Assembly (NCBI GenBank): GCA_040954595.2
Contig: JBECUI020000024.1
Coordinates: 124,001 to 188,000 of the forward strand
Source of the DNA: Balanoglossus misakiensis
Taxonomy: Eukaryota; Animalia; Hemichordata
Direction: 5' to 3'
Length of the DNA: 64,000 nucleotides
The position numbers were made by a program, and so were the translations under genes. The notes under the pieces were generated by a model. That model searched no databases, was not told the DNA's origin, and worked only from the letters and a program-made list of their open reading frames with translations. Positions 45,618-60,340 of the stretch are shown here, piece by piece (the stretch's first letter is position 1; each line of letters begins with the position of its first letter).

Positions 45618-46993
45618 TGTTACCCTTGCAAAATTCCAATAAAAACGATGGGCTAGCTGGGCGTGAGCAAACTCGACAAGGGTAATCAACAAGTTTCGTT
45701 CATGTGAGTTGGGTCGTAGGATTCGTGGTGATTGCAGTAGCTTTGGGAACACAGGGCGAGTGAAGGGGGTGTGGACAAAATGACACAAAGACACTTTATA
45801 TCCAATGAAAGAAGTATAATTAATAGTAAGTCTATCAACATCAGAGATGTAACAAGAGCTCTATCAAAACCTGTTTCATTAACAAGTAACACCTTCCTGA
45901 AGAAAACTGGCGTGGCACAACCTGCCGCGAGTCCGGTCAAAGTTCAACAGTTTATAAACGAACGTGACGCACAATCGAGTTCTGGCGATGAGGGCGCTGT
46001 CCCGCACTCAACAGTCGCGTCGATCCGCTTCCAAAATCCAACGGAGAGAATCCTCTAACAATCAATGCAAATATCTCAAAGTTCGCTCGTCGCAAACGCT
46101 CCGAGTGTATCCAGGCGTAAAGCGGAGCTTGATGACGAAGCGCTGATCAGTTCCGTGATCGGCAAATCGATCGTAGGGTCGAGTGTTCCTGCTCGTATAT
46201 GATTCGTTCAAAGTTTGTAGACGTTGGGGGTCAAACAATGCGGCTCATTGCATTCCCCACACGCCGTGGTTCGAAGAACCTAGAAAGGCCGTAAGTTTAT
46301 CAAATCCAGTCCGATTTTACATGATTAGCGTTAATGAGATCGTACTTACATCAGCTTTCAGTTCGTGAAGCATCGACGTTGAGAAACCTGCGCGAGTACC
46401 CGTAATCGTTGGATCTCGGCGATCGGTGTCTCAGTAATCAGCGTGACAATAACAATGGTTCGTTCAGGTACAGCAGACCTGTCGTTCGAAATAGTCGATG
46501 AAATGCTTCTTACGTAGGGATCTCACGAAGACTAGCTCAAATAATGTTAGTTAACATCCGGCTCTCCTCGATTCCCATTCAAGATGCAATTTCGCCGTAC
46601 GATTCTGCCGATGGTTCGGATTTTTGTGGAGATTCCACTCTCGTCAATACAATCGGACAACGGCCATATTAAAAAGTTCCCTTTTTACTCACTAGTTCAT
46701 CGCCGTATTACACCCGCCAAACCTTTGACTGAATACACGCGGTACTGCCTGGACGGAACAAATTCAACTTTCCAGTAGCAAATATTCGATCAATAACAAT
46801 AAAAGAGCTTTCATACAGAAACATCATAACTCGAAATCGAATACCTCACGAGAAATACAGTCAACACCTGCGGACTACTTCAATTGCGTAATCACAATAA
46901 ACAGGTAAAGTCAGTAATCAAAAATGTATCAAATATACGATATAGGCGGGGTCATTCCACTATGCTCTGAGGGGTGCAAATTCAATGGTATCA
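45618..46993 (-). repeat. Gypsy 3' LTR
   Basis: Direct repeat of 54079-55454; about five substitutions seen by eye. Confidence 0.96.
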
Positions 46994-47486
46994 CACTGCC
47001 CCAAGTCAGCATAGGGACGATTTACTATGCTTACTTCCCGACAAAAAACAAGCTCAATAAGTTTGCCTTCGTTCGACAATGAAACACAGAACATGAGCGT
47101 AAATACAAACACTACATCAACGAGACTCAATATCGAAACATTCTCGTCGGCATAGGCATCGTGCCTGTAAAACGAGTGACTCGAGTCATCCTCAGATGCA
47201 CTTTCGATGAAACAAGCTACACAATCCTGTTGCAGTAGGGTAGGCAGAGTCTCGATCAGTGAACCTGAAAGAGTAATCAGAAAAATGTAAGCGCGCAGAG
47301 TTCGCTGGGCAACGCAGGAGGCGCAGGACCCTATGACGCGGCTAATCTAAATAGCAAATCTGCAAAGGTACACAAAGCAACCTTCGAACCGCACCCTTAC
47401 TTACCTGGCATTAAGCACGTATCAGATACAGTCAAGAATAGCTAATGTGAATCCAGCGTACACCCCTACATCCACATTCCCTATAC

Positions 47487-50400
47487 TTACATGTATATTC
47501 CACTGGCCATCATTTCGAGTATTTTCATGGTTATGTCGTGGTTTCTGCTATTCGACGAGGTCAGTCTTCCATGAGAAACTTCATCCTCATGATCAATCCT
47601 CGGTAAATCAAAAGATGGCCTCTTCCCAATACTAGAATTCCTCAAAGTGCTTCTACCACCTTTGTCACGTTTGACCAATCGTGAGCACCATCCATAGTAC
47701 TTGGGTGGTCTTCGAGTTCTCGTTGATCGACGCATAGGTCGGACCACACTTCCTCCTTCCTCGGCAATCGACGACTCCTCGTCAGCGTCAGAACAATCAC
47801 CATGGGTATCAGCTAAGTCACTTCCCACTGGTTGCTCCTTCCCCATAGTCTCTTTCCTAGTTCCTACATTTCCACTACTAATCGACGCATCAGTGATATT
47901 CACACCTACATCACTCAGAGGAATATTTTGATGTGTCACTTCTGCTCTGTCAGCAATTCCATCGGACTTCCCAGCAGACGATACGTCCATACTATCTGCA
48001 CGCAAGCCTGTTACAGGATCATCAGGGCTTTGCACCTGCCCTGAAGAATCGCTCATATCCATCATGCTCGGTTCAGGAGAATCTTGCTCCACGCTCACAC
48101 ATGCATCGTTGTCGCTTCTGTCCATAGAATTAAGGGTAACTTCAGTTGTACCTTCTAAGCGCACAGGTCTAACTCTCCCAGGCCTAAAGGGTCGCGATTC
48201 AGGATTGAGCACATAGCCTCGTTCACTCTGTGAGGATGAACTTCGTTCCGACTCCGTACTCTCAGGAATGGCCCTATCCTGAGAGCGTTCACTCATTTCG
48301 TCTTCTGTATAACTCAACAGCGGTCGATCACAGCAAGGTTTCAGCAAATTCCTGTGGACCGTCTGTGTCTTCGAGGTTTTCGTTGAACGTATAACATATA
48401 CTGGCAAATCAGGACTCAGCCTTCTCACCACAACATATGGACTTTCCTCCCACCGATCGGCGATCTTGTGTTGACCTCGTATACTCACGTTCCTGCGTAA
48501 CACTCGATCACCTTCTTTAAGCACCACCTCTCTAACTTTCTGGTCATAGCGCTCTTTACTCGCTTGGGCTGACTTCTCTGCAGCTCGTTTCGCAATCTGA
48601 AATACTTTGTCCATCCTGGATCTCAAGTCGGCGATATACTTTGTCGGCGTCGTAGGATCCCTGCTTTCTGGTGACGTTCCGAATCGCACATCCAGTGCTA
48701 TCTTCGCATGTCTTCCGAACAACAAGTGGTAAGGTGTAAAACCCGTCGTGTCATGAACAGTGCAGTTGTACGCATGTACCAACGGCTTCACATAATCCTT
48801 CCATCTAGCCTTCTGCTCGTTCTCGAGCGTACCCAACATATTAAGGAGAGTACAGTTGAATCTTTCAGTCTGAGCGTGGTACGTGACTTTTTGATGTCTA
48901 GTAACTGGCACAATTCCTGTATCACTCGCGACTCAAAATTCCGACCACGATCAGACAGGATTCGTTCCGGACATCCATATGGTAGCATGAAGTGTTCCCA
49001 TAGGTTCTTGGCTGTCGTTTTCGCGGTCTGGTTCGGTGTAGGTATGGCTACAGCAAACTTCGAGAAGTGATCAGTAATTACCAACAGGTCTTTGGTCCCT
49101 CCTTTACTCTCTTCAAGGCTCAAGAAATCCATGCATAGAAGTTCGAGGGGCTGTGAAGTTTCAATACTCACCATCGGAGCACGTGTCTTTAATCCCGCCT
49201 CGTCCTTCCTTCGAGTACATCTCCTGCATGTACGAATGTATTTCTTCATATCAGCTGACATAAGAGGCCAATAAAACCTAGCCCTCAATAAATCAATCGC
49301 TCGATCCTGTCCCAGGTGTCCACAGTCGTCGTGCACCCCTTTCATTGCCTCCTGGCGAAACTCGTGTGGTAGCACCAATTGGTAGTAGACCTCTCCACTA
49401 GATGATGTCCTCGCTCTATACAAAACATCATCACGGAAACAGAATTTACTCCAATCTCTCAGTGCCATTCTGACTTCTCGCGGTTCCTGTGCTCGCTGTG
49501 TCCTTGTCAGTTTACCTTTACCCCCAGTCTTCGCGTGAACCAAGGCTCGTATGCGCCGTACGGTCACATCCCTGTCCTGTAACTTCGCCCATTGGTCCAT
49601 CGCAATCGTAGGTAATGTTGCTTCTCCTGGCATCCCCGGCGGTTCATCCATGTCCTTTGGTATCGCTCGTGCTGAGGCAGCTAAGGCTTCAATCCATGGT
49701 GTATCTTCATCTCCATCAGACAAACATGGCTCCCCCACTGCCTGCACCTCATCAGGAGTCATCGCTACAGTTTCCTGGAAACGTCTCTCAGACTCATCAA
49801 ATCCTTGAGCCCTGCCATCGGGTCGTCGCGAGAGCCCGTCCGCATCACCATTCCTTAGGCCGGGTCGGTAGTGAATCTTCAATTTATACTGAGATAAAGC
49901 ATTCCACCACCTCTGTCCTGTCGCATCAAGTTTCGCTGTACTTGCTACGTATGTCAGTGGATTATTGTCGGTCAATACCGTGACATCATTGCCAAAGCAG
50001 TAATCACGAAACTTTTCCGTAACAGACCATTTCAAAGCCAGAAATTCCAGCTTGTGGGCCGGGTAGTTCTTCTCACTGGCAGTGAGGCTCCGGCTGGCAT
50101 ACGCAACTGGTCGCAGTCTTTCTCGTCCATCTGCCTCTTCGATTGACTGGTATGAGGCAGCTCCTAGTCCTGTCAAGCTCGCGTCTGTGTGAAGCTCAAA
50201 CGGTCGCGTATAGTCGGCGTAGGCCAAAACCGGAGCTGAAGTCAGCTTGTCAATGATCAGCTCGAAGGCTTCCTGGCACGCATCTGTCCACTGGTATGGG
50301 GGTGGTCGTTTCCTTTCTCCCCCATTTTTCCTCTTCGTTGGGTAACCTACGGTCAAAGCGTGCAATGGTCGGGCAATCGATGAGTATCCCTGTACGAATC

Positions 50401-53400
50401 TACGGTAATACCCCGTAAATCCTAAGAATGTCCTCAGCTCTTTCACGTTGGTGGGTACTGGCCATGTCCTCAATGCCTCCGTCTTGTCGGGGTCGGTCTC
50501 AACTCCATTTGACGACACTACATGTCCCAAGTACTTTATCTTTTCGTGAAAAAGCTGACACTTGGTATGTTTTATCTTCAAGTCACATTCTCGTAGTCGC
50601 TTGAGAACCTTGTCAACTCGGTCCACATGTTCCTCGAATGTTTCAGAAAAGATAATCACATCATCCATGTAGACCATGCAAATCCTCATGTTGTAATCTC
50701 CTATACATTGTTCCACGACGCGTTGACATGTAGCTCCGGCGTTCATGAGTCCGAAGGGCATTACAACAAATTCGTAGAAACCGAATGGGGTGGCAAACGC
50801 TGTCTTTGGGATGTCCTTCTCCGACATAGCTATTTGCCAAAATCCACTTTTTAAGTCGATCGATGTAAACCATTTCGCGCCACTCAAAACATCCAGTCCC
50901 TCCTCAATACGAGGTAGAGCATACGCGTCAGGAGTCGTCTGCGCATTCAGACGTCTATAATCTACACATATACGAGTGGTTCCGTCTTTCTTTGCCACAA
51001 GGACGAGAGGAGAAGACCAAGGACTTTTTGATGGTCGTATCACCCCATTGTCCAACATTCCTCCTATCTGCACTCGGATCTCGTCATATAAAGCTGGAGG
51101 AATCCGACGATACGGTTGTTTGACTGGACGTTCATCTTTCAAGTTGATCTCATGTTTGTGGATCGTACATCTTTCTAGGTCGCCGTCACTGGTCGAAAAT
51201 GATCCAATGTTACGTTCCAGAACATCCTGTATCTTTATCATCTGATCCTGGTCAACCGGTGAACCGGTCACATCAAAGGACAATCCTCCAACCGTCACCT
51301 CTCTCGCTTCCAAAGGTTCGTCGTGAATTCCATTATCCTTGGTGTCCCTTCGCGGCTGCACTTCTATTCCTCGTACCGCCTTCACTGTAGCAACAACCTG
51401 TCTCGGCTTGATGACGATGGGTTTGTCAGTTTCATTTTTTATTACCACAGGCACGGCTGACGAGCGTTTCCCACACTCAGCGATCGTCACCATAGGGTTC
51501 AGAGTCCATCCTTTGTGTTCATTCCAGTCACAGGCATCACCTAACAGCACTTCATGTTTCTCTCCTTTGGGACCAGCCTTCATGCTCCCTCGAATGGTAT
51601 GTGCAGTACGTGGCTCCAGTGTCACCCGTTCGCTTACTGCCGCTCGCACTACTCCCATGTTTCCGTATGGTCCATAGAACTGTTCACGAGCGCGTAGGAT
51701 TGCAATAGCCCTTCTCGCTACTGGCTTCATCCTGCTCATTGTCCTACCACCATCGTTCAACATCTTCATCGTCATGTAACGATTCAACCAGTTGGTTCCC
51801 GCCAACACCGGCACTCGATCATTGTTCTCAGTTCCTTTCACTACCAGTGCCAATAGACTGAAAGTGGTATCATCATTGAAGACGTGACTAGGGAAGCTAA
51901 CCTCAACCTCTATCACACCAACGTACTGTACAACATCATCAGTTACACCTGCGATCTCGAGAACTTCATCCAACGGAGTGAATGGCACATCGGACAAGTA
52001 TCGACGATAGTAGTCTTCACTGATCATGGTAACTTGTGATCCTGTGTCCACTTGAGCCAAACATTTCCTTCCATTCACAAAGGCGTACTGCTCATTCAAT
52101 GGACCAACAATCCGTCCATCAATGGATCTTGGCTTACCTTTTCTCTTTGGGTTCTTTTCACATCGTCGTCTTCCCGTCATGCTCTTGGCTTTCACAGATG
52201 CGCGTTTTCTTTTTGGGCAACTTGCAGAGGTGTGTCCTTCTTCTTTACATCTACCACATGGCTGCTTGCACTCACGTGACATGTGACCTTCCCCATTGCA
52301 GTTGTAGCAAGTGAATGGCTTTTCTCCACTCTTGTTTCCACTTCGTTCGTCACTTTGATTTGGGGTTCCTCGTCTCGAGTCTGGTTCCTGTGAAATCCGT
52401 GCGGCAACATCACGTGGTCGAGACACGCCGTTTGATGAGACCATCATTGTTGCACGAGCATTCCGGATCTCTTCCATTCCAGCGGCATGTTCCTTTCGTT
52501 GCTGTTCCATAGCCAACTTCACCTGTTCCTGTTGTAATTGCATCGCTTTCAACATCGCAGTCATTTTAACATACATTTCATCACTTTCGTGGTCACGTGG
52601 TTTCTTTTTGTTTGAACGCTCTTCATTGTCGGAATCCGACTCAGACACTTCCTGCTGTTGCTTCACCGCTCTATGTCCTCTTGTCTTCTTTCGCCTATCT
52701 TCCAACTTCTCTCCAGTTTTCCGTCCATGCGCTCCCTGTACTTCTTGTTCAGCAACACGGATGATCCGTAGCAACTCATCAAAATTCTTGGCATTTTCAT
52801 ACCGATGCCTGGCGATGTCTTTCACTCGCAGGTCTGTCAGTCCTTCCCACAGGGTAGTACGCAGAATCAAATCCATTTCGCTCTCGCGGACACCTCCGCG
52901 ATCATATATACGTCTCAGGTTTATCTCGACGTGACATGCAAATGACGCTGCTGACTCACCTTCCTTCTGAAAATCATTGTACAACTGCCGCTTCAATGTA
53001 GCCGTAGACACAACTACACCATACACAGTTTCTAGTTTATTCAACATCTTTTCAATGGACGGGTCGATTCCCAAACCTAGTATGATCTCACTCGCTTCAC
53101 CACGTATGGATTTCCGAACGGCCTGTCGCAGTACGCGATCGCTATGAACGCCACTCTGTCTCATACTCTGTACCTCCCTCAACCAGGACTCATATGACAT
53201 ACTATCCTTGCCTTTATGGTCGCCGGTAAAGTTCGGTACCCGTGGTGCTGTATAATTCACTTCGGCAAATGTTCGATGTGTCGGCTCGTACTCATGACGT
53301 TCCTCGGTTTTGTTACTACTATGCTGTGGCGAAACCTCGGATTCGATTTCTCTATTGCGTCTGTGCTCACGCTCAAGAAGAGATTTTAGCTCGCTTTCCA

Positions 53401-53761
53401 ATTCGACTAACCGTTCGCGCTCATCATCAAATTGTGCCGCGCTTTCTGTCAAACTATAATCTTTCAAAGATTGCGGGTGCACACCTGCCGGTTTCCTCAA
53501 TCGGCCCCTAAGTGGAGAATATACGCCTCGGCCACCTCCCCGTTTAGGTATTGTCCCCTGGGATAATTTAGAAACGCTGCCTCCCCCAGTGGGTGTCATT
53601 GTCATTGATCCATGTTCAACAGACTTATCCCCTTTAATATCATCAGTAGTGTCATTTTCTTTATCCCTTGGGTCAGATTCAGGGCCCCCCTTCGCTGCCA
53701 TACTCACCTCGCCATCTTCCTCTTTCTTCACCCTAACAACAGTTTCTTGTGCGTCCTCCAT
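47487..53761 (-). pseudogene. Gypsy single-frame gag-pol (PNMA-like Gag, 2 CCHC knuckles, PR, RT, RNase H, IN); one frameshifting deletion in integrase at ~48878
   Basis: PRVPNFTG...YESWL...RKSIRGEA; CYNCNGEGHMSREC and CGRCKEEGHTSASC; VDTGSQVT; SPWSSP, CVDYRRLN, MPFGL, YMDD; TDAS, LEFLAL, TDNNPL; GHLG, MDF, SDRG; continues as QTERFN in the 474-aa frame. Confidence 0.95.
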
Positions 53762-54055
53762 GTTTCAAATTCGAGAGCAATCTGTCGATAACTCGAGTCT
53801 ACAATAACACTCACAAAAATTGAAAGCGTTTGGAAACTATGAATGGTCGGTGTTCCATAAATCAAAGGCAATGGCACATGTACTTAATTTCCTGCTCGAT
53901 CAATAAGTGTATCACTCGTCCAACCCTGCTCGTCCTGTGTTTTCGACCGCAAAACCAAACCTCAATGGGCTGAATCAAAATGTCGTCCTTCCCTGTTGTC
54001 AATTTGTAAGAAACAGTAAAATGACAAAACTCTACTGGGAAAACTTTCCAATCCA

Positions 54056-54076
54056 GCCCCACGTTGGTAGGCGCCA
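54056..54076 (-). promoter_or_regulatory. Primer-binding site, tRNA-Lys(CTT)-like with 3 extra nucleotides
   Basis: Minus strand TGGCGCCTACCAACGTGGGGC, 2 nt from the LTR, versus canonical TGGCGCCCAACGTGGGGC. Confidence 0.8.
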
Positions 54077-54078
54077 GA

Positions 54079-55454
54079 TGTTACCCTTGCAAAATTCCAA
54101 TAAAAACGATGGGCTAGCTGGGCGTGAGCAAACTCGACAAGGGTAATCAACAAGTTTCGTTCATGTGAGTTGGGTCGTAGGATTCGTGGTGATTGCGGTA
54201 GCTTTGGGAACACAGGGCGAGTGAAGGGGGTGTGGACAAAATGACACAAAGACACTTTATATCCAATGAAAGAAGTATAATTAATAGTAAGTCTATCAAC
54301 ATCAGAGATGTAACAAGAGCTCTATCAAAACCTGTTTCATTAACAAGTAACACCCTCCTGAAGAAAACTGGCGTGGCACAACCTGCCGCGAGTCCGGTCA
54401 AAGTTCAACAGTTTATAAACGAACGTGACGCACAATCGAGTTCTGGCGATGAGGGCGCTGTCCCGCACTCAACAGTCGCGTCGATCCGCTTCCAAAATCC
54501 AACGGAGAGAATCCTCTAACAATCAATGCAAATATCTCAAAGTTCGCTCGTCGCAAACGCTCCGAGTGTATCCAGGCGTAAAGCGGAGCTTGATGACGAA
54601 GCGCTGATCAGTTCCGTGATCGGCAAATCGATCGTAGGGTCGAGTGTTCCTGCTCGTATATGATTCGTTCAAAGTTTGTAGACGTTGGGGGTCAAACAAT
54701 GCGGCTCATTGCATTCCCCACACGCCGTGGTTCGAAGAACCTAGAAAGGCCGTAAGTTTATCAAATCCAGTCCGATTTTACATGATTAGCGTTAATGAGA
54801 TCGTACTTACATCAGCTTTCAGTTCGTGAAGCATCGACGTTGAGAAACCTGCGCGAGTACCCGTAATCGTTGGATCTCGGCGATCGGTGTCTCAGTAATC
54901 AGCGTGACAATAACAATGGTTCGTTCAGGTACAGCAGACCTGTCGTTCGAAATAGTAGATGAAATGCTTCTTACGTAGGGATCTCACGAAGACTAGCTCA
55001 AATAATGTTAGTTAACATCCGGCTCTCCTCGATTCCCATTCAAGATGCAATTTCGCCGTACGATTCTGCCGATGGTTCGGATTTTTGTGGAGATTCCACT
55101 CTCGTCAATACAATTGGACAACGGCCATATTAAAAAGTTCCCTTTTTACTCACTAGTTCATCGCCGTATTACACCCGCCAAACCTTTGACTGAATACACG
55201 CGGTACTGCCTGGACGGAACAAATTCAACTTTCCAGTAGCAAATATTCGATCAATAACAATAAAAGAGCTTTCATACAGAAACATCATAACTCGAAATCG
55301 AATACCTCACAAGAAATACAGTCAACACCTGCGGACTACTTCAATTGCGTAATCACAATAAACAGGTAAAGTCAGTAATCAAAAATGTATCAAATATACG
55401 ATATAGGCGGGGTCATTCCACTATGCTCTGAGGGGTGCAAATTCAATGGTATCA
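54079..55454 (-). repeat. Gypsy 5' LTR
   Basis: Direct repeat of 45618-46993; adjacent to the PBS. Confidence 0.96.
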
Positions 55455-58400
55455 TTAGCAACGGTGATCAAGTCAGAATTTCTACGGCATGGCTTGGATA
55501 AAGCCCCGGCACTCTAGAGCAGAAACACGCGTACAGAGACCACGTTGATCAACTCAGATCTCCTACGGCCTGGCTCGACTAAAACCCCAGCACACCATGA
55601 CAGACACTAGCGTTCGTTAGCAACGGTGATCAAGTCGGATTTCCTTCGGCCTGGCTCTGCAAAAGACCCGACACTCTAGTACAAAGACGTTGGCTAAGTC
55701 GGGCAAACCGAAGAGGGAAAGTCACAGCGGGTCAACACTCGACATTTGTTCGGTTAGGACTGCATTATTGCTTGTCAATTTATAGAGAAAGCCCGAATTA
55801 GACCAGGGCGTTTCAAACAACGACGTTAGTTGGGGGCACGGCCTGCAGTACTGCCGGGTAAGCTGACATCGGCGTACCGCATATAATGTAGGGGGGGGGG
55901 GGGAACAGAACGGTTCAATACTACATTTATTAGATATCAGCTAATTTTGGACAATCATCTAAAATCTAAATTATTTGGATATCTGATGATGTATGAAATT
56001 TCCATTATATGTAAAAATGGTGCTGATTATAAAAAATGCACTCTGATTTAATACAAAATTGCGTTTTATTCGTTTTTGCACCAAAAAGGTCATTTTTAGG
56101 CAAAACATTCTTTATTTTTTTAATTCGGTGACCTGATCATATATAAACAATTGCTTGTATGTTAAAAGTTTTTATGACTTTTAAAAGCAGTGACACTGGC
56201 GGCATTCAATACGAAAATAACAATTTTATCCACAATTTGGTCAAAATGGTAAATTTTTGAAAATTACAAAAAATACCTGTTTTCTACATTTTCGGAAATC
56301 TGATGGAGTATAGAATGCTCTTCGTATGTATATATCGATACAAATTCCACAAAAGACCGTCTAATTTGTCTCACTGCAGACAAAATTGCGTTTTACCAAG
56401 TTTTCCTTGAAAATGTCATTTTTAGAAAAAATAAATAAAAAAAACCTTTGTTCTTCGAATTTGGTGCCGTGATCATATATGACATGTTGATTGTATGTTA
56501 AAACTTTCGACCACTCCAAAAAAGCAGAGATATTGACGGAATTCAAGAAAAAATAGCAATTTTGGCCATATTTTGACAAAAATGGTAAATTTTTAAAAAA
56601 TCATAAAAAATTAACTCTTTTCTTCAATTTCGGAAATATTATGGAGCATGAAGTGTCGTTCTCTTGTAAAAAGTGCTGCAAATTCCAGAAAAGGCGGTAT
56701 AATGTGAATCACCCAAGACAAAATTACCATTTTCGACTTTTTTTCGAAAAATTGTTTTTTTTTACAAAATAAATAAGAATAAATTCTTTTCTTAGTTTTA
56801 AACGGGTAGAGACACTTTCCACACGGGTTTTCTAACATTGAATTCCCGTTCATCAACTCAGATTTCCTACAGCATAAGTCGGCTAAAACCATGACACTCT
56901 AGAGCAGGAACAGTTGCACACTGGTAACGTTGAACAAGTCGATTTTGCTGCAGCCTTGCTCGGCTAAATCTCCGTCACAATATGACAGACACTAGCGTAC
57001 GTTAGCAACGGTGATCAAGTCAGATTTCCTACGGCCTGGTTTAGCTGAAGCCCCGGCAATTTAGAGCAGAAACACGCGTACAGAGACCACGTTGATCAAG
57101 TCTGATCTCCTACGGCTTGGCTCGACTAAAACCCCGGCACACTATGACAGACACTAGCGTTCGTTAGCAACGTTGATCAAGTCAGATTTCCTACGGCATG
57201 GCTTGGCTAAAGCCCTGGCACTCTAGAGCAGAAACACGCGTACAGAGACCACGTTGATCTACTCACATTTCCTTCGGCCTGGCACGGCTGATGCCCCGGC
57301 ACTATATATAGGACACAGACTGGCGTAAGTTAACAACGGTAATCACGTCGGGTTTCCTACGGCCTGGCTCAGCTGACGCCCCGGCACTCTAGAGCAGAAA
57401 CAGGCGTACATTGACCTCGTTGATCAAGTCAGATTTCCTATGGCGTGACTCGGCTGGTGCACCGGCTCTATATGACACAGACTGGCGTAAGTTATCAACG
57501 GTTATTCCGTCGGATTTCCTACGGCCTGGTTTAGCTGAAGCCCCGGCAATTTAGAGCGGAAACACGCGTACAGAGACCACGTTGATCAAGTCTGATTTCC
57601 TACGGCTTGGCTCGACTGAAACCCCGGCACACCATGACAGACACTAGCGTTCGTTAGCAACGGTGATCAAGTCGGATTTCTTTCGGCCTGGCTCTGCAAA
57701 AGACCCGACACTCTAGTACAAAGACGTTGGCTAAGTCGGGCAAACCGAAGAGGGAGAGTCACAGCGGGTCAACACTCGACATTTGTTCGGGTAGGACTAC
57801 ATTATTGCCCGTAAATTTATAGAGAAAGCCCGAATTTAACCAGGGTTTTTCAAACACCGACGTTAGTTGGGGGCACGGCCTGCAGTACTGCCGGGTAAGC
57901 TGACATCGGCGGACCGCATATAATGTGGGGGGGGGGGGGGGGAACAGAACGGTTCAATACTACATTTATTAGATATCAGCTAATTTTGGACAATCATCTA
58001 AAATCTAAATCATTTTTTCATATTTGGATATCTGATGATGTATGAAATTTCCATTATATGTATAAATGGTGCTGATTATAAAAAATGCACTCTGAATGAG
58101 TTGATTTAATACAAAATTGCGTTTTATTCGTTTTTGCACCAAAAAGGTCATTTTTAGGCAAAACATTCTTTATTTTTTTTAATTCGGTGACCTGATCATA
58201 TATAAACAATTGCTTGTATGTTAAAAGTTTTTATGACTTTTAAAAGCAGTGACACTGGCGGCATTCAACACGAAAATAAAAATTTTAGCCACAATTTGGT
58301 CAACATGGTAAATTTTTGAAAATTACAAAAATACCTGTTTTCTACATTTTCGGAAATCTGATGGAGTATAGAATGCTCTTCGTATGTATATATCGATACA

Positions 58401-60340
58401 AATTCCACAAAAGACCGTCTAATTTGGCTCACTGCAGACACAATTGCTTTTTACCAAATTTTCCTTGAAAATGTCATTTTTAGAAAAAAAAATAAAAAAA
58501 CCTTTGTTCTTCGAATTTGGTGCCCTGATCATATATGACATGTTGATTGTATGTTAAAACTTTCGACCACTCCAAAAATGCAGAGATATTGACGGAATTC
58601 AAGAAAAATAGCCATTTTGGCCATATTTTGACAAAAATGATAAATTTTTAAAAAATCATAAAAATTAACTCTTTTCTTCATTTTCGAAAATATTATGGAG
58701 CATGAAGTGTCGTTCTCTTGTAAAAAGTGCTGCAAATTCCAGAAAAGGCGGTATAATTTGAATCACCCAAGACAAAATTACCATTTTCGACTTTTTATCG
58801 AAAAATTGTCTTTTTTACTAAATAAATAAGAATAAATTCTTTTCTTAGTTTCAAACGGGTAGAGATACTTTCCACACGGGTTTTCTAACATTGAATTCCC
58901 GTTCATCAACTCAGATTTCCTACAGCATAAGTCGGCTAAAACCCTGACACTCTAGAGCAGAAACAGTTGCACACTGATAACGTTGAACAAGTCGATTTTT
59001 CTACGGCCTGGCTCGGCTAAATCTCCGTCACAATATGACAGACACTAGCGTACGTTAGCAACGGTGATCAAGTCAGATTTTCTACGGCATGGCTTGGATA
59101 AAGCCCCGGCACTCTAGAGCAGAAACACGCGTACAGAGACCACGTTGATCAAGTCTGATCTCCTACAGCTTGGTTCGACTAAAACCCCGGCACACTATGA
59201 CAGACACTAGCGTTCGTTAGCAACGTTGATCAAGTCAGTTTTCCTACGGCATGGCTTGGCTAAAGCCCTGGCACTCTAGAGCAGAAACACGCGTACAGAG
59301 ACCACGTTGATCTACTCACATTTCCTGCGGCCTGGCACGGCTGATGCCCCGGCACTATACATAGGACTCTGACTGGCGTAAGTTAACAACGGTAATCACG
59401 TCGGGTTTCCTACGGCCTGGCTCAGCTGAAGCCCCGGCACTCTAGAGCAGAAACAGGCGTACATTGACCACGTTGATCAAGTCAGATTTCCTACGGCATG
59501 ACTCCGCTGGTGCACCGGCTCTATATGACACAGACTGGCGTAAGTTATCAACGGTGATTACGTCGGATTTCCTACGGCCTGGTTTAGCTGAAGCCCCGGC
59601 ACTTTAGAGCGGAAACACGCGTACATTGACCACGATGATCAAGTCAGATCTCCTACGGCTTGGCTCGACTAAAACCCCGGCACACTATGACAGACACTAG
59701 CGTTCGTTAGCAACGTTGATCAAGTCAGATTTCCTACGGCATGGCTTGGCTAAAACCCTGGCACTCTAGAGCAGAAACACTCGTACAGAGACCACGTTGA
59801 TCTACTCACATTTCCTGCGGCCTGGCACGGCTGATACCCCGGCACTATATATAGGACACAGACTGGCGTAAGTTAACAACGGTAATCACGTCGGGTTTCC
59901 TACGGCCTGGCTCAGCTGAAGCCCCGGCACTCTAGAGCAGAAACAGGCGTACATTGACCACGTTGATCAAGTCAGATTTCCTACGGCATGACTCCGCTGG
60001 TGCACCGGCTCTATATGACACAGACTGGCGTAAGTTATCAACGGTGATTACGTCGGATTTCCTACGGCCTGGTTTAGCTGAAGCCCCGGCACTTTAGAGC
60101 GGAAACACGCGTACAGAGACCGCGTTGATCAAGTCTGATCTCCTACGGCTTGGCTCGACTAAAACCCCGGCACACTATGACAGACACTAGCGTTCGTTAG
60201 CAACGTTGATTAAGTCAGATTTCCTACGGCATGGCTTGGCTAAAGCCCTGGCACTCTAGAGCAGAAACACGCGTACAGAGACCACGTTGATCTACTCACA
60301 TTTCCTTCGGCCTGGCACGGCTGATGCCCCGGCACTATAT
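55455..60340. repeat. Macrosatellite array, block 6
   Basis: Poly-G at 55891 and 57927; the last monomer run (from ~58910) is long and contains an internal ~480-bp duplication. Confidence 0.96.

Larger units (their letters stand above)
45618..55454 (-). mobile_element. Full-length Ty3/Gypsy LTR retrotransposon
   Basis: 1376-bp TG...CA LTRs; 4-bp TSD TTAG (45614-45617 and 55455-55458); PBS next to the right LTR and short purine tract GGGGCAGTG next to the left LTR on the minus strand. Confidence 0.97.

Noticed and set aside
45576-46778. Small ORFs duplicated at 53962-55239
   Set aside because: They lie within the two LTRs and show no coding signature.
46994-47486. env-like third ORF in the Gypsy element
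   Set aside because: Only ~490 bp separate the pol stop from the LTR, with no suitable ORF or transmembrane segment.
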